Shown: positions 34,425-43,663 of the stretch, piece after piece
Layout of the letters: the number at the start of each line of letters is the position of its first letter
Numbering within the stretch: position 1 is the stretch's first letter
DNA from: a virus
Lineage: Duplodnaviria; Caudoviricetes
Virus record (IMG/VR): IMGVR_UViG_3300028025_000089
DNA: 64,000 bases
Reading direction: 5' to 3' (one strand)
The notes under the pieces: generated by a model
What the model saw: only the letters and a program-made list of their open reading frames with translations
What the model was told of the DNA's origin: nothing
Database searches by the model: none
Translations under genes and position numbers: made by a program

Positions 34425-35963
34425 ATGAGTTGTTGTAATAGGAAATTACTGATTACCGAAGAAGAGAAGTTAAACATAATGAAATTGTATGGTCTTCTTC
34501 TTGAAGGGGAAACCGATGGAGGTGGATACGAAATTGATTTTTCGAATACATTTAAATCTGGATACCATAGTGTTAATTATATTAACAAATCTCTTTTAGC
34601 CACTGAATTAAACAATGCAAAAACTTGGTTAACAAATAAATTAAAAGAACCTGGAAATAAAGGAAAATTGGTTTACGTTGAAATTGACGCAAGTGAATCT
34701 AAAGTGCCAAATGCCGATGCGGAAAAAGGGGGTGCTATTTTACCACCTTATCAACTGTCAAATAAAAGAGCGGTATCCATCAATAATTATTTGAGTGGAA
34801 TTTTTGATGGATGGGTTACGGCAAAATTAATTCCAGAAAAACCAATTTTTTCTTTTCCTCCTCCAAAAATTGGTGGTCCTAATTGGTGTCCTAATTATAG
34901 TAAAGATCCTGAATGTGAAGGCACACCAAAAAATGATAAAAATACAGATCAAAAATTTACAGAACACCAATATGTGAGAGTTAAATTTTTATTAGATGAT
35001 GGAACTATTTCTGCAAAATGTTTGGAGGGATTATCTATAACCGTTGCATATAATCAAACCGCATCGTCTGCTTTTCCATGTAGAGGAAATCACAGATGTG
35101 ATGAAGCAGATTTTAACGTATTATTAAACAAAGTTCCAGTTGGTTCTGTAAGTTTAAATAACGCTAATGACGGAGGTAGTAGAACAGGAACTGTAACTGT
35201 TACCCCACAACAGGCAACCTCTATTGCAAAGGCATCGAAAGATAGAAGAAAGATAGACATTTATTTACAATGTAAATTTGCCAAATGCCACTCATCAACG
35301 CCTGAAATAACAATTTCAAAAGGAGGTTTTATTTTCCCTAATTTTCCAAGATGTGTCCCATCAATTACTGATAGAGATGATTTTACATTAAAACATATTT
35401 TATCAATTGATGTTTGTGGAAATGTTACTCAAGAAAATAAAGATCAAAAAGCGGTATTACCAGATGAACAATTTATTAAAAAACCTACTGATCTTAAAGA
35501 AGGTTATTTATATTATAATGAGGACACCAAACAATTTGAATTTAGTGAAACTTCTCTTTCATCACAAGGTGATCCCGAAGATCCTAACAGCTTACACTCA
35601 TGGACTGTAAGACATCCTCTATACGGTGTTAATAATGAACAAACCACAGATGCGGGTGAACATCCTGCAAAAATTTATAAAGAAGGGTGTGTTGCGACAG
35701 ACAAAGCGAATTACGGAGGTTATTGTATTTGGTCAGGACCAAAGGTTGTTTATAAAACCGTAAATAGGACGGTCTATCCACCATATGGCGAAATTTCAAA
35801 AATTGAAAAATGGATGTTAGGTAAAAATTCTGGAATAGTTATGAATTTGAATTTTGATACCTATAGTAAATATAGATTAGGTTTTAGTGGTTTAGGAAAA
35901 TCATCTTCATGGTATAAAGAAGACGGAACAGAACTAAAACCAAGATCAACATTTGGACAATAA
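34425..35963 (+). CDS. Leader-variant Cys-rich protein with OmpA_C-like motif
   Basis: KLLITEEEK..LLLE; QLSNKRAVSINNYL..QYVRV. Confidence 0.75.
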   Translation: MSCCNRKLLITEEEKLNIMKLYGLLLEGETDGGGYEIDFSNTFKSGYHSVNYINKSLLATELNNAKTWLTNKLKEPGNKGKLVYVEIDASESKVPNADAEKGGAILPPYQLSNKRAVSINNYLSGIFDGWVTAKLIPEKPIFSFPPPKIGGPNWCPNYSKDPECEGTPKNDKNTDQKFTEHQYVRVKFLLDDGTISAKCLEGLSITVAYNQTASSAFPCRGNHRCDEADFNVLLNKVPVGSVSLNNANDGGSRTGTVTVTPQQATSIAKASKDRRKIDIYLQCKFAKCHSSTPEITISKGGFIFPNFPRCVPSITDRDDFTLKHILSIDVCGNVTQENKDQKAVLPDEQFIKKPTDLKEGYLYYNEDTKQFEFSETSLSSQGDPEDPNSLHSWTVRHPLYGVNNEQTTDAGEHPAKIYKEGCVATDKANYGGYCIWSGPKVVYKTVNRTVYPPYGEISKIEKWMLGKNSGIVMNLNFDTYSKYRLGFSGLGKSSSWYKEDGTELKPRSTFGQ

Positions 35964-36176
35964 TTAATTACTGTTTGTTGTATCAACAACTATCATCATA
36001 ACATTTTCTTTATCGGTTTTAGATAACTTTCTAAATTCTTGTCTTATTATTCGTTTTGAAATACGATCTGCCTTTCTTTTAGTGATAAAAGTACCGTCAC
36101 TTAACTCATACATTTCTGCAGTTTTACAAGAAAATAAAATCACTGATAGAGACACTAAGAAGAATATTTTTTTCAT
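35964..36176 (-). CDS. Small lipoprotein
   Basis: Lipobox LFSC; host-type promoter. Confidence 0.8.
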   Translation of the reverse strand: MKKIFFLVSLSVILFSCKTAEMYELSDGTFITKRKADRISKRIIRQEFRKLSKTDKENVMMIVVDTTNSN

Positions 36177-36283
36177 TTTATTTAAAGTTTATTGACTACA
36201 AATATATACAATTTTTTTAAATGAAACAAAAATTAGATCAATTTTAAACTATTTATAGTAAAATAAACATAAAATATTTTATT

Positions 36284-36457
36284 ATGAAATTATCTAAAGA
36301 ACAATTAATGGGTATTGTTAGACATACCTTAACCTTTGTAGGTGGTATTTTAATTACAAAGGGATTAATTGACGAAACAATTCTTACCGAGATCATCGGA
36401 GGTGCTACGGCATTATCAGGGGCGATTTGGTCAATAATTGTAAAAAATAAAGCATAA
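36284..36457 (+). CDS. Holin-like small membrane protein (57 aa, not in track)
   Basis: MKLSKEQLMGIVRHTLTFVGGILITKG..IIGGATALSGAIWSII. Confidence 0.7.
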   Translation: MKLSKEQLMGIVRHTLTFVGGILITKGLIDETILTEIIGGATALSGAIWSIIVKNKA

Positions 36458-36511
36458 TTTTTTTTAGCCCATCTTTGGTGGGCTTTTTTCATTTTAGAAT
36501 ATTTATTGGAT

Positions 36512-37126
36512 ATGGATAATTTCTCAACAGTTTTGGTGGCCTTTATAAGTGGTGTTTTAGGTCCCATCAGTATCATGATAATTAAATATTATTTAGATCA
36601 AAGAAAGAAAAATAAACCTGATATGGTGATGGATACATTGAGGGTTAGTGAATTGATAAATTCAAAAATCGAACACATTAAAGAAGAATTTGATGCCGAT
36701 AGAGTTTGGGTTTCTCAATTTCATAATGGAGGTAATTTCTACCCTACAGGAAAATCAATGGCAAAGTTTTCGATCATGTATGAAACCGTAGGTCAATACG
36801 GAACATCGGTCCAATCTAATTTTAAAAACATTCCTGTTAATTTATTTTCTAAATCTATTAATGAACTTTTAAATAACGAATCAATTGAAATATCGGATTT
36901 CACAGATGAAAAAATACCAACTTTTGGGTTGAAATATATTGCCGAAGAAACAGGATGTAAGTCTTCATACTTATTCGCAATTAAAACAATTGAAGAAAAA
37001 TTCATTGGTGTTTTATCTGTAGATTACGTTAAAGAACCAAGAGAGTTAGATATCGAGGAAATCACACATTTACAAGTTCATGCATCCTCTATTGGTGGTG
37101 TTTTAATGAGTTATTTGAATAAGTAA
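36512..37126 (+). CDS. N-terminal TM plus GAF-like domain protein
   Basis: TM helix; DADRVWVSQFHNG..KSSYLFAI..FIGVLSVDY. Confidence 0.75.
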   Translation: MDNFSTVLVAFISGVLGPISIMIIKYYLDQRKKNKPDMVMDTLRVSELINSKIEHIKEEFDADRVWVSQFHNGGNFYPTGKSMAKFSIMYETVGQYGTSVQSNFKNIPVNLFSKSINELLNNESIEISDFTDEKIPTFGLKYIAEETGCKSSYLFAIKTIEEKFIGVLSVDYVKEPRELDIEEITHLQVHASSIGGVLMSYLNK

Positions 37127-37149
37127 ATAATATTTCATATCTTTACGGT

Positions 37150-37632
37150 ATGAATATTTTCTTTTTAGATTTTGATACGAACAAATGTGCTGAGTATCAT
37201 TGTGATAAGCACGTAGTAAAAATGATCCTTGAAACGGCACAACTTCTGTGTGGAGTTCACCATATGGCCCCCCAAGTTACCCCCCAAGTTACCCCCCAAG
37301 TTCCCTATAAGTTATCACATAAAAATCATCCTTGTGCCATATGGGTTCGTGAGTCATTATCTAATTATCTTTATTTATGTGATCTTGGTTTGGAGTTGTG
37401 TAAAGAATATACGTATCGTTATGGAAAACGTCATAAATCTCAAGATGTTATTGAGTGGTGTATCACAAATTTACCGAATATCTGTGACAAAGACTTCACC
37501 ACACCTCCTAAGGCGATGCCTGACGAATATAAAGTCAATGATGTTATAGAATCTTATAGAAATTATTATCGTGGAGCAAAGAAAGATTTTGCTAAATGGA
37601 AAAATAGAGAGATCCCCGAATGGTTTTTATAA
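37150..37632 (+). CDS. denV: Pyrimidine-dimer DNA glycosylase (DenV-like)
   Basis: MNIF.LD..CAEYHCDKHVVKMILETAQLL..HKNHPCAIW. Confidence 0.85.
   Translation: MNIFFLDFDTNKCAEYHCDKHVVKMILETAQLLCGVHHMAPQVTPQVTPQVPYKLSHKNHPCAIWVRESLSNYLYLCDLGLELCKEYTYRYGKRHKSQDVIEWCITNLPNICDKDFTTPPKAMPDEYKVNDVIESYRNYYRGAKKDFAKWKNREIPEWFL
37268..37302 (+). repeat. 12-nt tandem repeat (CCCCCCAAGTTA) about x3, in frame
   Basis: Encodes PQVT repeats inside denV. Confidence 0.9.
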
Positions 37633-37651
37633 AACAGAAGTATTTATTAAT

Positions 37652-38410
37652 ATGAAAGTTTCAAAATCTGCTTGTAGTTCATCAAACCCTTGTTCTGGAT
37701 ATGGTAGTGATGTTAGTGGTTGTTTAGGTAGTTCAAATTTAAAATCAATAGGTATTGGTAATAATGTGTTGGCTAAAGAAGCTGCCGATGCATTCATTAA
37801 AATGACTGATGACATGCCAAGTAATTTAAAAAGTAAGATCTCAATGGGAGGTGCATACAGACCTCTTAATATCCAATGTAATATTTTTGATTGGGGTAAA
37901 TATGAATCAACAGGAAAAAGAGTTAAAAAAGGAACTTCATCGACACCTGCGGCATATCCAGGAACATCTAATCATGGATGGGGTAGAGCAATCGACATAT
38001 CACCGTCAGATGTTCAAAATTGGATTAGAGAAAATGGAACAAAATACGGTTGGTGTTGGGGTGAAGCAAAATCAGAACCTTGGCATTTTACATTTTGTGG
38101 ACCAGGATCAAATAGAGATAAAAATTGTGATAGTTTTTGTAAAGGAAAAATGACCGTAGATACTTCTTCCGACAAAAAAGAAACATCTACAGAGAAAGAA
38201 GAAAAATCTACAGATAAAAAAGATACGTCTACTGATGGTAAAGATAAAAAAAAGAAATTCGATCCATTTTTTTCTTCTTTGGATGCAATTGTTGCTCTTG
38301 GTAAAGGAGATGTAAAAGGGTTGGAAGATTATGTTAGTAGTAGTGCTGATATGATTGGTTTATCCGAAGACGTAGATAGAATAAAAGATATTATGAAAAA
38401 AATACTTTAA
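37652..38410 (+). CDS. M15 (VanY-like) peptidoglycan peptidase
   Basis: AYRPLNIQ..AAYPGTSNHGWGRAIDI..YGW..EPWHF; ATG 37652 after GTATTTAT. Confidence 0.85.
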   Translation: MKVSKSACSSSNPCSGYGSDVSGCLGSSNLKSIGIGNNVLAKEAADAFIKMTDDMPSNLKSKISMGGAYRPLNIQCNIFDWGKYESTGKRVKKGTSSTPAAYPGTSNHGWGRAIDISPSDVQNWIRENGTKYGWCWGEAKSEPWHFTFCGPGSNRDKNCDSFCKGKMTVDTSSDKKETSTEKEEKSTDKKDTSTDGKDKKKKFDPFFSSLDAIVALGKGDVKGLEDYVSSSADMIGLSEDVDRIKDIMKKIL

Positions 38411-38467
38411 ATATTTGACTAATATTTATATTTAACTTATCATTTCACTTGTAATTAATTAAATAAT

Positions 38468-38644
38468 ATGAGTGAAGAATTAACCCAAGAAAATGAACCG
38501 AAAGTAATTGAGATGTATTCTTACATTGCAAACGGAAAACAACTATGGACATCTAATCTATCATTTGCACAAATCAGAGCTGATTTTTATGGAACAAATG
38601 ATGTTTATGTTGAAAAAGTTGAAGTGAAAAACTTGACAAATTAA
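38468..38644 (+). CDS. Small hypothetical protein (58 aa, not in track)
   Basis: MSEELTQENEPKVIEMYSYIANGKQLWTSNL... Confidence 0.65.
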   Translation: MSEELTQENEPKVIEMYSYIANGKQLWTSNLSFAQIRADFYGTNDVYVEKVEVKNLTN

Positions 38645-38655
38645 AATTAAGTTTT

Positions 38656-38775
38656 TATATTTGTAAAACAATTGAGGGAAACCTTAAAAAAAAAGTAAAA
38701 GAAAAATTTGACTAATTAAAAAATTCTTCTTAACTTTGTAAAACAAATCAGGAAACGTCCTGAATCGTTCTTTGA
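38656..38775 (+). promoter_or_regulatory. Tandem host-type promoters plus boxA
   Basis: TATATTTG 38656; TTTG..TAACTTTG 38731; GTTCTTTGA 38767. Confidence 0.7.
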
Positions 38776-38789
38776 AAAAATAGATTATC

Positions 38790-39670
38790 CAATCAGGAAA
38801 AGTTTTGTCAGATTAATTGACGTGTAATTGAAACGAATGTTTCATCTTGGAATGATAAAGATATTGGGCAGTATATGGTCCATTAAAATAAACCATGAAA
38901 GTGGGATAAAGTGAATTATTTGTGTTAGATAGTTTGCGGCTTCTTCGGGAGCTCGAGTATACAAGCGGGATACCGTTTAACCTTTAGTATCGAGGGCAAC
39001 GCTGTAGAGAAAGTGGTTAGATGATTTGGCGATGTGGGTCGTCAAATTGAGGTGGGAACACCAATAGGAATAACTCGTAGGAATTTTGCAAAACAAAGTG
39101 TTCCAACACTTTCATTGCGAGTTCCAATATTAGAGGATACTTAAAACCGAAAGGTATGATAACAAACGGGTGGTGCCGACATTATCCTTGATGAACTCCT
39201 ACCAAGGGGTTAATCTCGAAGTAGTCTTAAAGTATGGAAATGGGGACATTTCAGAGAGTAGTTGAGTATTTCGTTGTTCAAAAGATAACGAAGCCCGTGA
39301 CGGACCACTACTTTCACAATCCACGACACAAAACTTATGGAAGTTGTTATTTTCCAAAAAATAATTATTACATTAAGGAAAAGTGTCCGTCAGGTTTGAA
39401 TGAAAGGTGACTACATAGTAATGAGCAGTTCATTGCACACAAAGATCCCAAGTCGATGTGTAATTTTTCGAAAAACCTTTAATCCCGCAAGGACGAACTG
39501 GGGAGGCATCCTCGGAAAGAGTTAAAGTAGAATGAGAGTAGTTCAGACCTCAAGGAGTGGTATACCTAAAAGACCGTCACTGAGAAATACTTCTCAAAAG
39601 GAAGTGGATAGGAGTAGAAACAATAATGACTCTAAAGGTTCTCACAAATAGGTGTAATCTCAACCTTTTA
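38790..39670 (+). ncRNA. Large structured ncRNA, GOLLD-like (boundaries approximate)
   Basis: About 880 nt without an ORF of 60 aa or more, visibly GC-richer than flanks, many hairpins including UUCG/GNRA loops; family assignment is from recall only. Confidence 0.6.
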
Positions 39671-39707
39671 TTTCTTTTATAGAATGGAGCTAAAACCGGT
39701 AAAAATA

Positions 39708-40268
39708 TTAGGGACGATGTGAATCGATCCCTTTTTTTGTTTTTACTGATTGGTAAATAAGATCAATAAAGTTTAACATTTCATCATGTGTCATTGAATT
39801 TTTTGCATGGTTACATGCGGTGCTTATAAATTGTATGTTTCCTTTCACATACCCTAAATTACTATTGATCCTATCTAAAGAGGCGGTATTGATGTTATTA
39901 CCATTTTCATTTGGTTGAACTAATTTAACACCACTATAAACACAAATGCCACTTTGTATTTCCCATTGATCTAAAAGATCTTGTAAATCAATGTTATACT
40001 CATGATGTCTTTTTTTTAGTCTTCTGAAATGCTCTCTAAGTCCTGTAAATTGATCTCTACGGTTGTTTCTTTGTGGTTCTAAGTATTTAATATTTTCATT
40101 AACATATTGTTTTAAGTGGTTGTGATTATCAATACCACAACATTTTCTTGAGCAATAGTTTTTTCTACCAATTTTTTCGTTTCTAACTATTTCAGACTTA
40201 TCTTTCAAAAACTCAATACCACAAGATGGGTTAGAACATATTGTTAATTCTTTTTTTCTTTGTCTCAT
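39708..40268 (-). CDS. HNH (His-Me finger) endonuclease, likely homing
   Basis: CxxC..C N-terminus; QSGICVYSG..ASLDRINSNLGYVKGNIQFI..CNHAKN. Confidence 0.85.
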   Translation of the reverse strand: MRQRKKELTICSNPSCGIEFLKDKSEIVRNEKIGRKNYCSRKCCGIDNHNHLKQYVNENIKYLEPQRNNRRDQFTGLREHFRRLKKRHHEYNIDLQDLLDQWEIQSGICVYSGVKLVQPNENGNNINTASLDRINSNLGYVKGNIQFISTACNHAKNSMTHDEMLNFIDLIYQSVKTKKGIDSHRP

Positions 40269-40291
40269 ATTCTTTTATTTATAAATAGTCC

Positions 40292-40320
40292 GTATCCACA
40301 AAAAAAACCAAGTATCCACA
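40292..40320. repeat. Direct repeat GTATCCACA x2, 20-bp period
   Basis: 40292-40300 and 40312-40320, each followed by an A-run. Confidence 0.7.
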
Positions 40321-40332
40321 AAAAAATAAACA

Positions 40333-40363
40333 AAAAAAATCCCACCATAATTAAATAGTGGGA
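40333..40363 (-). terminator. tmRNA terminator
   Basis: ATCCCAC/GTGGGAT with a T-run on the minus strand. Confidence 0.75.
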
Positions 40364-40368
40364 TCAAT

Positions 40369-40786
40369 TGGTGGACCTAGAGGGCTCCGACTCCCTCGTC
40401 CGGCTCGTCTTGTCTAAAAGACAACTACATGTTTAGATCAAGGTTTTTCATACCTTCCGAAATATTTGGTTCCTATTTTTACATTGTTACCAAAAACTGT
40501 GTCGAGTTCACTTTGTTACGGTAGCCCTCTGAACGAGACCGTTGTTTCCTTTTAGAGTGAAAACCAACTCATCTACGACTTCTGTTGCTAGGTTATCTGT
40601 CTGACCGACCCCCCGTTTCCGTATCTAATTAAGCTACAGTAACTTCAGAACCTCTTACTAATCCAAGAGTTTCCATTTTGTTTAGCACATTGCCAGTTGT
40701 GTTTTGAATCAGTTTTTAACGAGATTAATTCAGTCCCGACATGCTTCTTTTATTCAACCAACGCCCGTCAAATCCAATATAGGCCC
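40369..40786 (-). ncRNA. ssrA: tmRNA
   Basis: 5' GGGCCTA..GGATTTGAC, 3' TAGGTCC-ACCA with G3.U70; tag ORF 40694-40629. Confidence 0.92.
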
Positions 40787-40807
40787 ATATATCTTAAATG
40801 ACTATTT

Positions 40808-40831
40808 TCAAAGAACTATAATACAAATATA
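40808..40831 (-). promoter_or_regulatory. Promoter plus boxA for tmRNA
   Basis: Minus strand TATATTTG (40831-40824) then GTTCTTTGA (40816-40808). Confidence 0.7.
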
Positions 40832-40869
40832 ATACAAAGATTTCACTTTGACAATATATTTATAAATAT

Positions 40870-42006
40870 ATGAAAAAAAGACTTCTTATAGAAAATGATG
40901 TTTCAGAAATGACGGATTTTCAAAAAATCCTTCTTTTAAATAAAAGAAAGTTGTCTTCTGATGATGTTGAATTTGAAAGTGATAATTACGAAGACTTGAA
41001 ACTAAATCATGTTCAGATTAAACCTGATGGTCTATTATTTGATTTTGATGATTTAGAACAGTTTTTAAAGTTTTTTCATTATCCTACATTTGAAGAAGGA
41101 ACTGACGGTGAGTGGGATGCGACTAATTATGATCGTATGTATTATGGTCAATATGATTTTTATAGTGAGTGTCAAGATCGAGCATACGACGATTGGAGTG
41201 AAGGATATACTTTAGGATATCTTTGTAGTGAAGCAAAAATCAGATTAAGAGAATTACTTAAAATAATTGCACCTAACCTTGTTGATAATATTAAAGAAGA
41301 CGGTAGTAGAATTGATGATGAAAGTCAAATAACTTCAGTATTGGACAAATACTTTCAACATATTGGAGATGAAATGGATGATATTATATGTTCTGCTAAA
41401 TCGAATGGAACTGAAGCGGGAGTTAAAGAAGCGATTGAAAAAGAATATTGTAATACACTTAGTGAATATGGTGTTGAAAAATGGGGTAAGTGGTGTTTTG
41501 GATTATACTTTATAAGTTGGGGTAATCTGGTTCAGTTATTTGTTGAAGATGGTGAATTTGATGTAAACGCTCTTGATGTATTAATTCAAAAAATCGATAA
41601 AAAATTTAGACACGGTCTTCCTGAATATTACGAAATGGAATACTATGTTATGGACAATGAAGTATTTGAATCTGAGTCTTGTGAAAAATTGGTTAATTTA
41701 ATTGATGAGTATATAGAAAGAGCCCAAGAAGAATTTTCTTCTGAATATATTAAAATTATTAATAAACTCTCATCTTTGGATTTATTATATAGAAGAGAAA
41801 TTCCAGGTCAAAAAAATTTATTTATAAAAGTGGATTCAGTTGATCCTGAAACATTAAAGGTAAAGTATCTTATTGGGTCAGGAGGTTATTTTGGTGATCG
41901 TAAATATGGTTTGGCAACTGCTGATGAGGTAATTGCAATGGCAACTCAGCCAGGTTTATTCAACCCAACTGAGTTTAGAATCGATCCAGGTCAATTAAGA
42001 CGATAA
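40870..42006 (+). CDS. Acidic hypothetical protein
   Basis: 378 aa; ATATTTAT upstream. Confidence 0.85.
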   Translation: MKKRLLIENDVSEMTDFQKILLLNKRKLSSDDVEFESDNYEDLKLNHVQIKPDGLLFDFDDLEQFLKFFHYPTFEEGTDGEWDATNYDRMYYGQYDFYSECQDRAYDDWSEGYTLGYLCSEAKIRLRELLKIIAPNLVDNIKEDGSRIDDESQITSVLDKYFQHIGDEMDDIICSAKSNGTEAGVKEAIEKEYCNTLSEYGVEKWGKWCFGLYFISWGNLVQLFVEDGEFDVNALDVLIQKIDKKFRHGLPEYYEMEYYVMDNEVFESESCEKLVNLIDEYIERAQEEFSSEYIKIINKLSSLDLLYRREIPGQKNLFIKVDSVDPETLKVKYLIGSGGYFGDRKYGLATADEVIAMATQPGLFNPTEFRIDPGQLRR

Positions 42007-43022
42007 CGCTCTTTTAGAATCTTGTATAATTTTAAACCATCTTCATCATCAATATAAAAGTGGTTTTCATCGTATATGTCGGCGATTATGAACCCATCTT
42101 TTTCTTCAATCACATCAATAGATGTTAGTTGGTGAACCTCATCGTAAAATGGGCTTTCATCAACATCATCAAAATTATATAAAGATTTAACAGGTTTTGG
42201 TTCATCGTATTTGAATTCGTATTTTTTCAAACCAAGATCTTTAACCATGTTTTTTCCAGCTTCGATTGCTCTTTTAACATCATCTATACATACAAATTCA
42301 TTTGCTGTGTGCATATTATAATAACCACATGACATATTGATACAAGATAGGTCAGATAGTTGTTTAATCATCATAATATCGGTATATGGGTGAGACTGAA
42401 CCAACATCTCGTTATTAAACCCTTTTGTGATTGATCGAATTGCGGTATTGAAGAACTCTCCTTCTTTATCAAATAAAGTGGTTCCCATGCAAGCCTGTGA
42501 AATTAAATGATCACCAGGTGCGTCATATTGGACGCAATAACCAACATCTTTTAAAAACTCTTTATCTACCAATTTTGATCCGTGGCAACCTGTTTCTTCT
42601 GAAACGAAAAACGCAACTTTAACTTTATCTAATTGAGAAAGAAGTTCCAAACAAATATAAATTCCACATTTGTCATCACCACCAATTCCTGTTGGGTTAT
42701 CGTCTTTATCATATGCCTTTAAACATAATACTTGATCTCTTCCAAAATCTTTTCCAAATGTAAATGGACGAATAAGATATTCTTCTTTAACAATTATTTC
42801 ATCAACCAGTTCGTGAACCGTGTCGGTGTGAGAAATAAACATTGGGTAAAATTCACCTTCATCCAACGTTCCTTTAGTTGCATATATGTTAAGGTTTCCG
42901 TCACAGATTAAAGTAACTCCTTCCATATCACCAATGGTAGAAATTAAATACTCCACCATTTTAATTTCCTCATAAGTCTTGGTTGGGACAGATAAGAGTT
43001 CTTTAAATTTATTTAGATTCAT
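41991..43022 (-). CDS. M20/M28-family metallopeptidase
   Basis: SHTDTVH..GIGGDDKCG..FFVSEETGCHGS..QYDAPG..GYYNMHT. Confidence 0.88.
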   Translation of the reverse strand: MNLNKFKELLSVPTKTYEEIKMVEYLISTIGDMEGVTLICDGNLNIYATKGTLDEGEFYPMFISHTDTVHELVDEIIVKEEYLIRPFTFGKDFGRDQVLCLKAYDKDDNPTGIGGDDKCGIYICLELLSQLDKVKVAFFVSEETGCHGSKLVDKEFLKDVGYCVQYDAPGDHLISQACMGTTLFDKEGEFFNTAIRSITKGFNNEMLVQSHPYTDIMMIKQLSDLSCINMSCGYYNMHTANEFVCIDDVKRAIEAGKNMVKDLGLKKYEFKYDEPKPVKSLYNFDDVDESPFYDEVHQLTSIDVIEEKDGFIIADIYDENHFYIDDEDGLKLYKILKERYRLN

Positions 43023-43094
43023 TTTGAATTGTTTTTACAAATATAGATTTATTTTTTAACAATACAAAGTATTTATTATGTAAAATATAAAGAC

Positions 43095-43622
43095 ATGAAT
43101 AGAAGTTATAGTAAAATTAGACACATCCAAGAAGCAAACTTGATGTTAGAAAGTAGAAGAATGGGAGAAAAATCAAAACATTTGTTGATGGAAGACTCTA
43201 TGAGAAACCTATTACCTTTAACAATTTATTTACCAACAAAAAAAGATCCGAAAACAGGTAAAGTTACGATGTTAAGTGTTGGAACGGCAAAATATCTTGT
43301 AACCGCCACTAAATCTCCTGACGACACCACAGGTAAAAGTTTTACAACTGATGATTATACAGGAATAAACAAAATTTTTATCAATAGTATTTCCGCAACT
43401 CAAGTTAGAAGTAAAAAAGACACATCAACAGGAAATATTTCAGGCACATTTACCGTGACCGAACCTATCTATACGTATTTAAAAGATTTTGTAGGAAAAG
43501 GAGTTCAAAATAGTCAAGACGTATATGGTAGTGTTACCTTAACTTCAGGAGGTAGTGAAGTTAAATACGCCACTTGGTCTGTTACCACATATGATGCAAC
43601 ACCAACTCAAAATCCAAAATAG
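43095..43622 (+). CDS. Hypothetical protein (MNRSYSKIRHIQEAN..LE leader type)
   Basis: GTATTTAT upstream, CCCCACCT terminator downstream. Confidence 0.8.
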   Translation: MNRSYSKIRHIQEANLMLESRRMGEKSKHLLMEDSMRNLLPLTIYLPTKKDPKTGKVTMLSVGTAKYLVTATKSPDDTTGKSFTTDDYTGINKIFINSISATQVRSKKDTSTGNISGTFTVTEPIYTYLKDFVGKGVQNSQDVYGSVTLTSGGSEVKYATWSVTTYDATPTQNPK

Positions 43623-43629
43623 TTAAATT

Positions 43630-43663
43630 AAAAACCCCACCTGAAAAGATGGGGTTTTGTTTT
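43630..43663. terminator. Bidirectional terminator (CCCCACCT family)
   Basis: AAAACCCCA/TGGGGTTTT. Confidence 0.8.

Noticed and set aside
103-37651. Upstream-extended starts (103, 1718, 2602, 5130, 21737, 37571 and others)
   Set aside because: They run through promoters or terminators; downstream ATGs match leader and promoter spacing
38790-39670. RNase P RNA, rRNA fragment or group I/II intron
   Set aside because: AAGGAAAAGTGTCC only loosely resembles the P4 GAGGAAAGUCC and has no matching 3' partner; no interrupted host gene and no rRNA signature recognised
40292-40320. Replication origin from DnaA boxes
   Set aside because: Only two imperfect boxes and no unwinding element; kept as a possible operator
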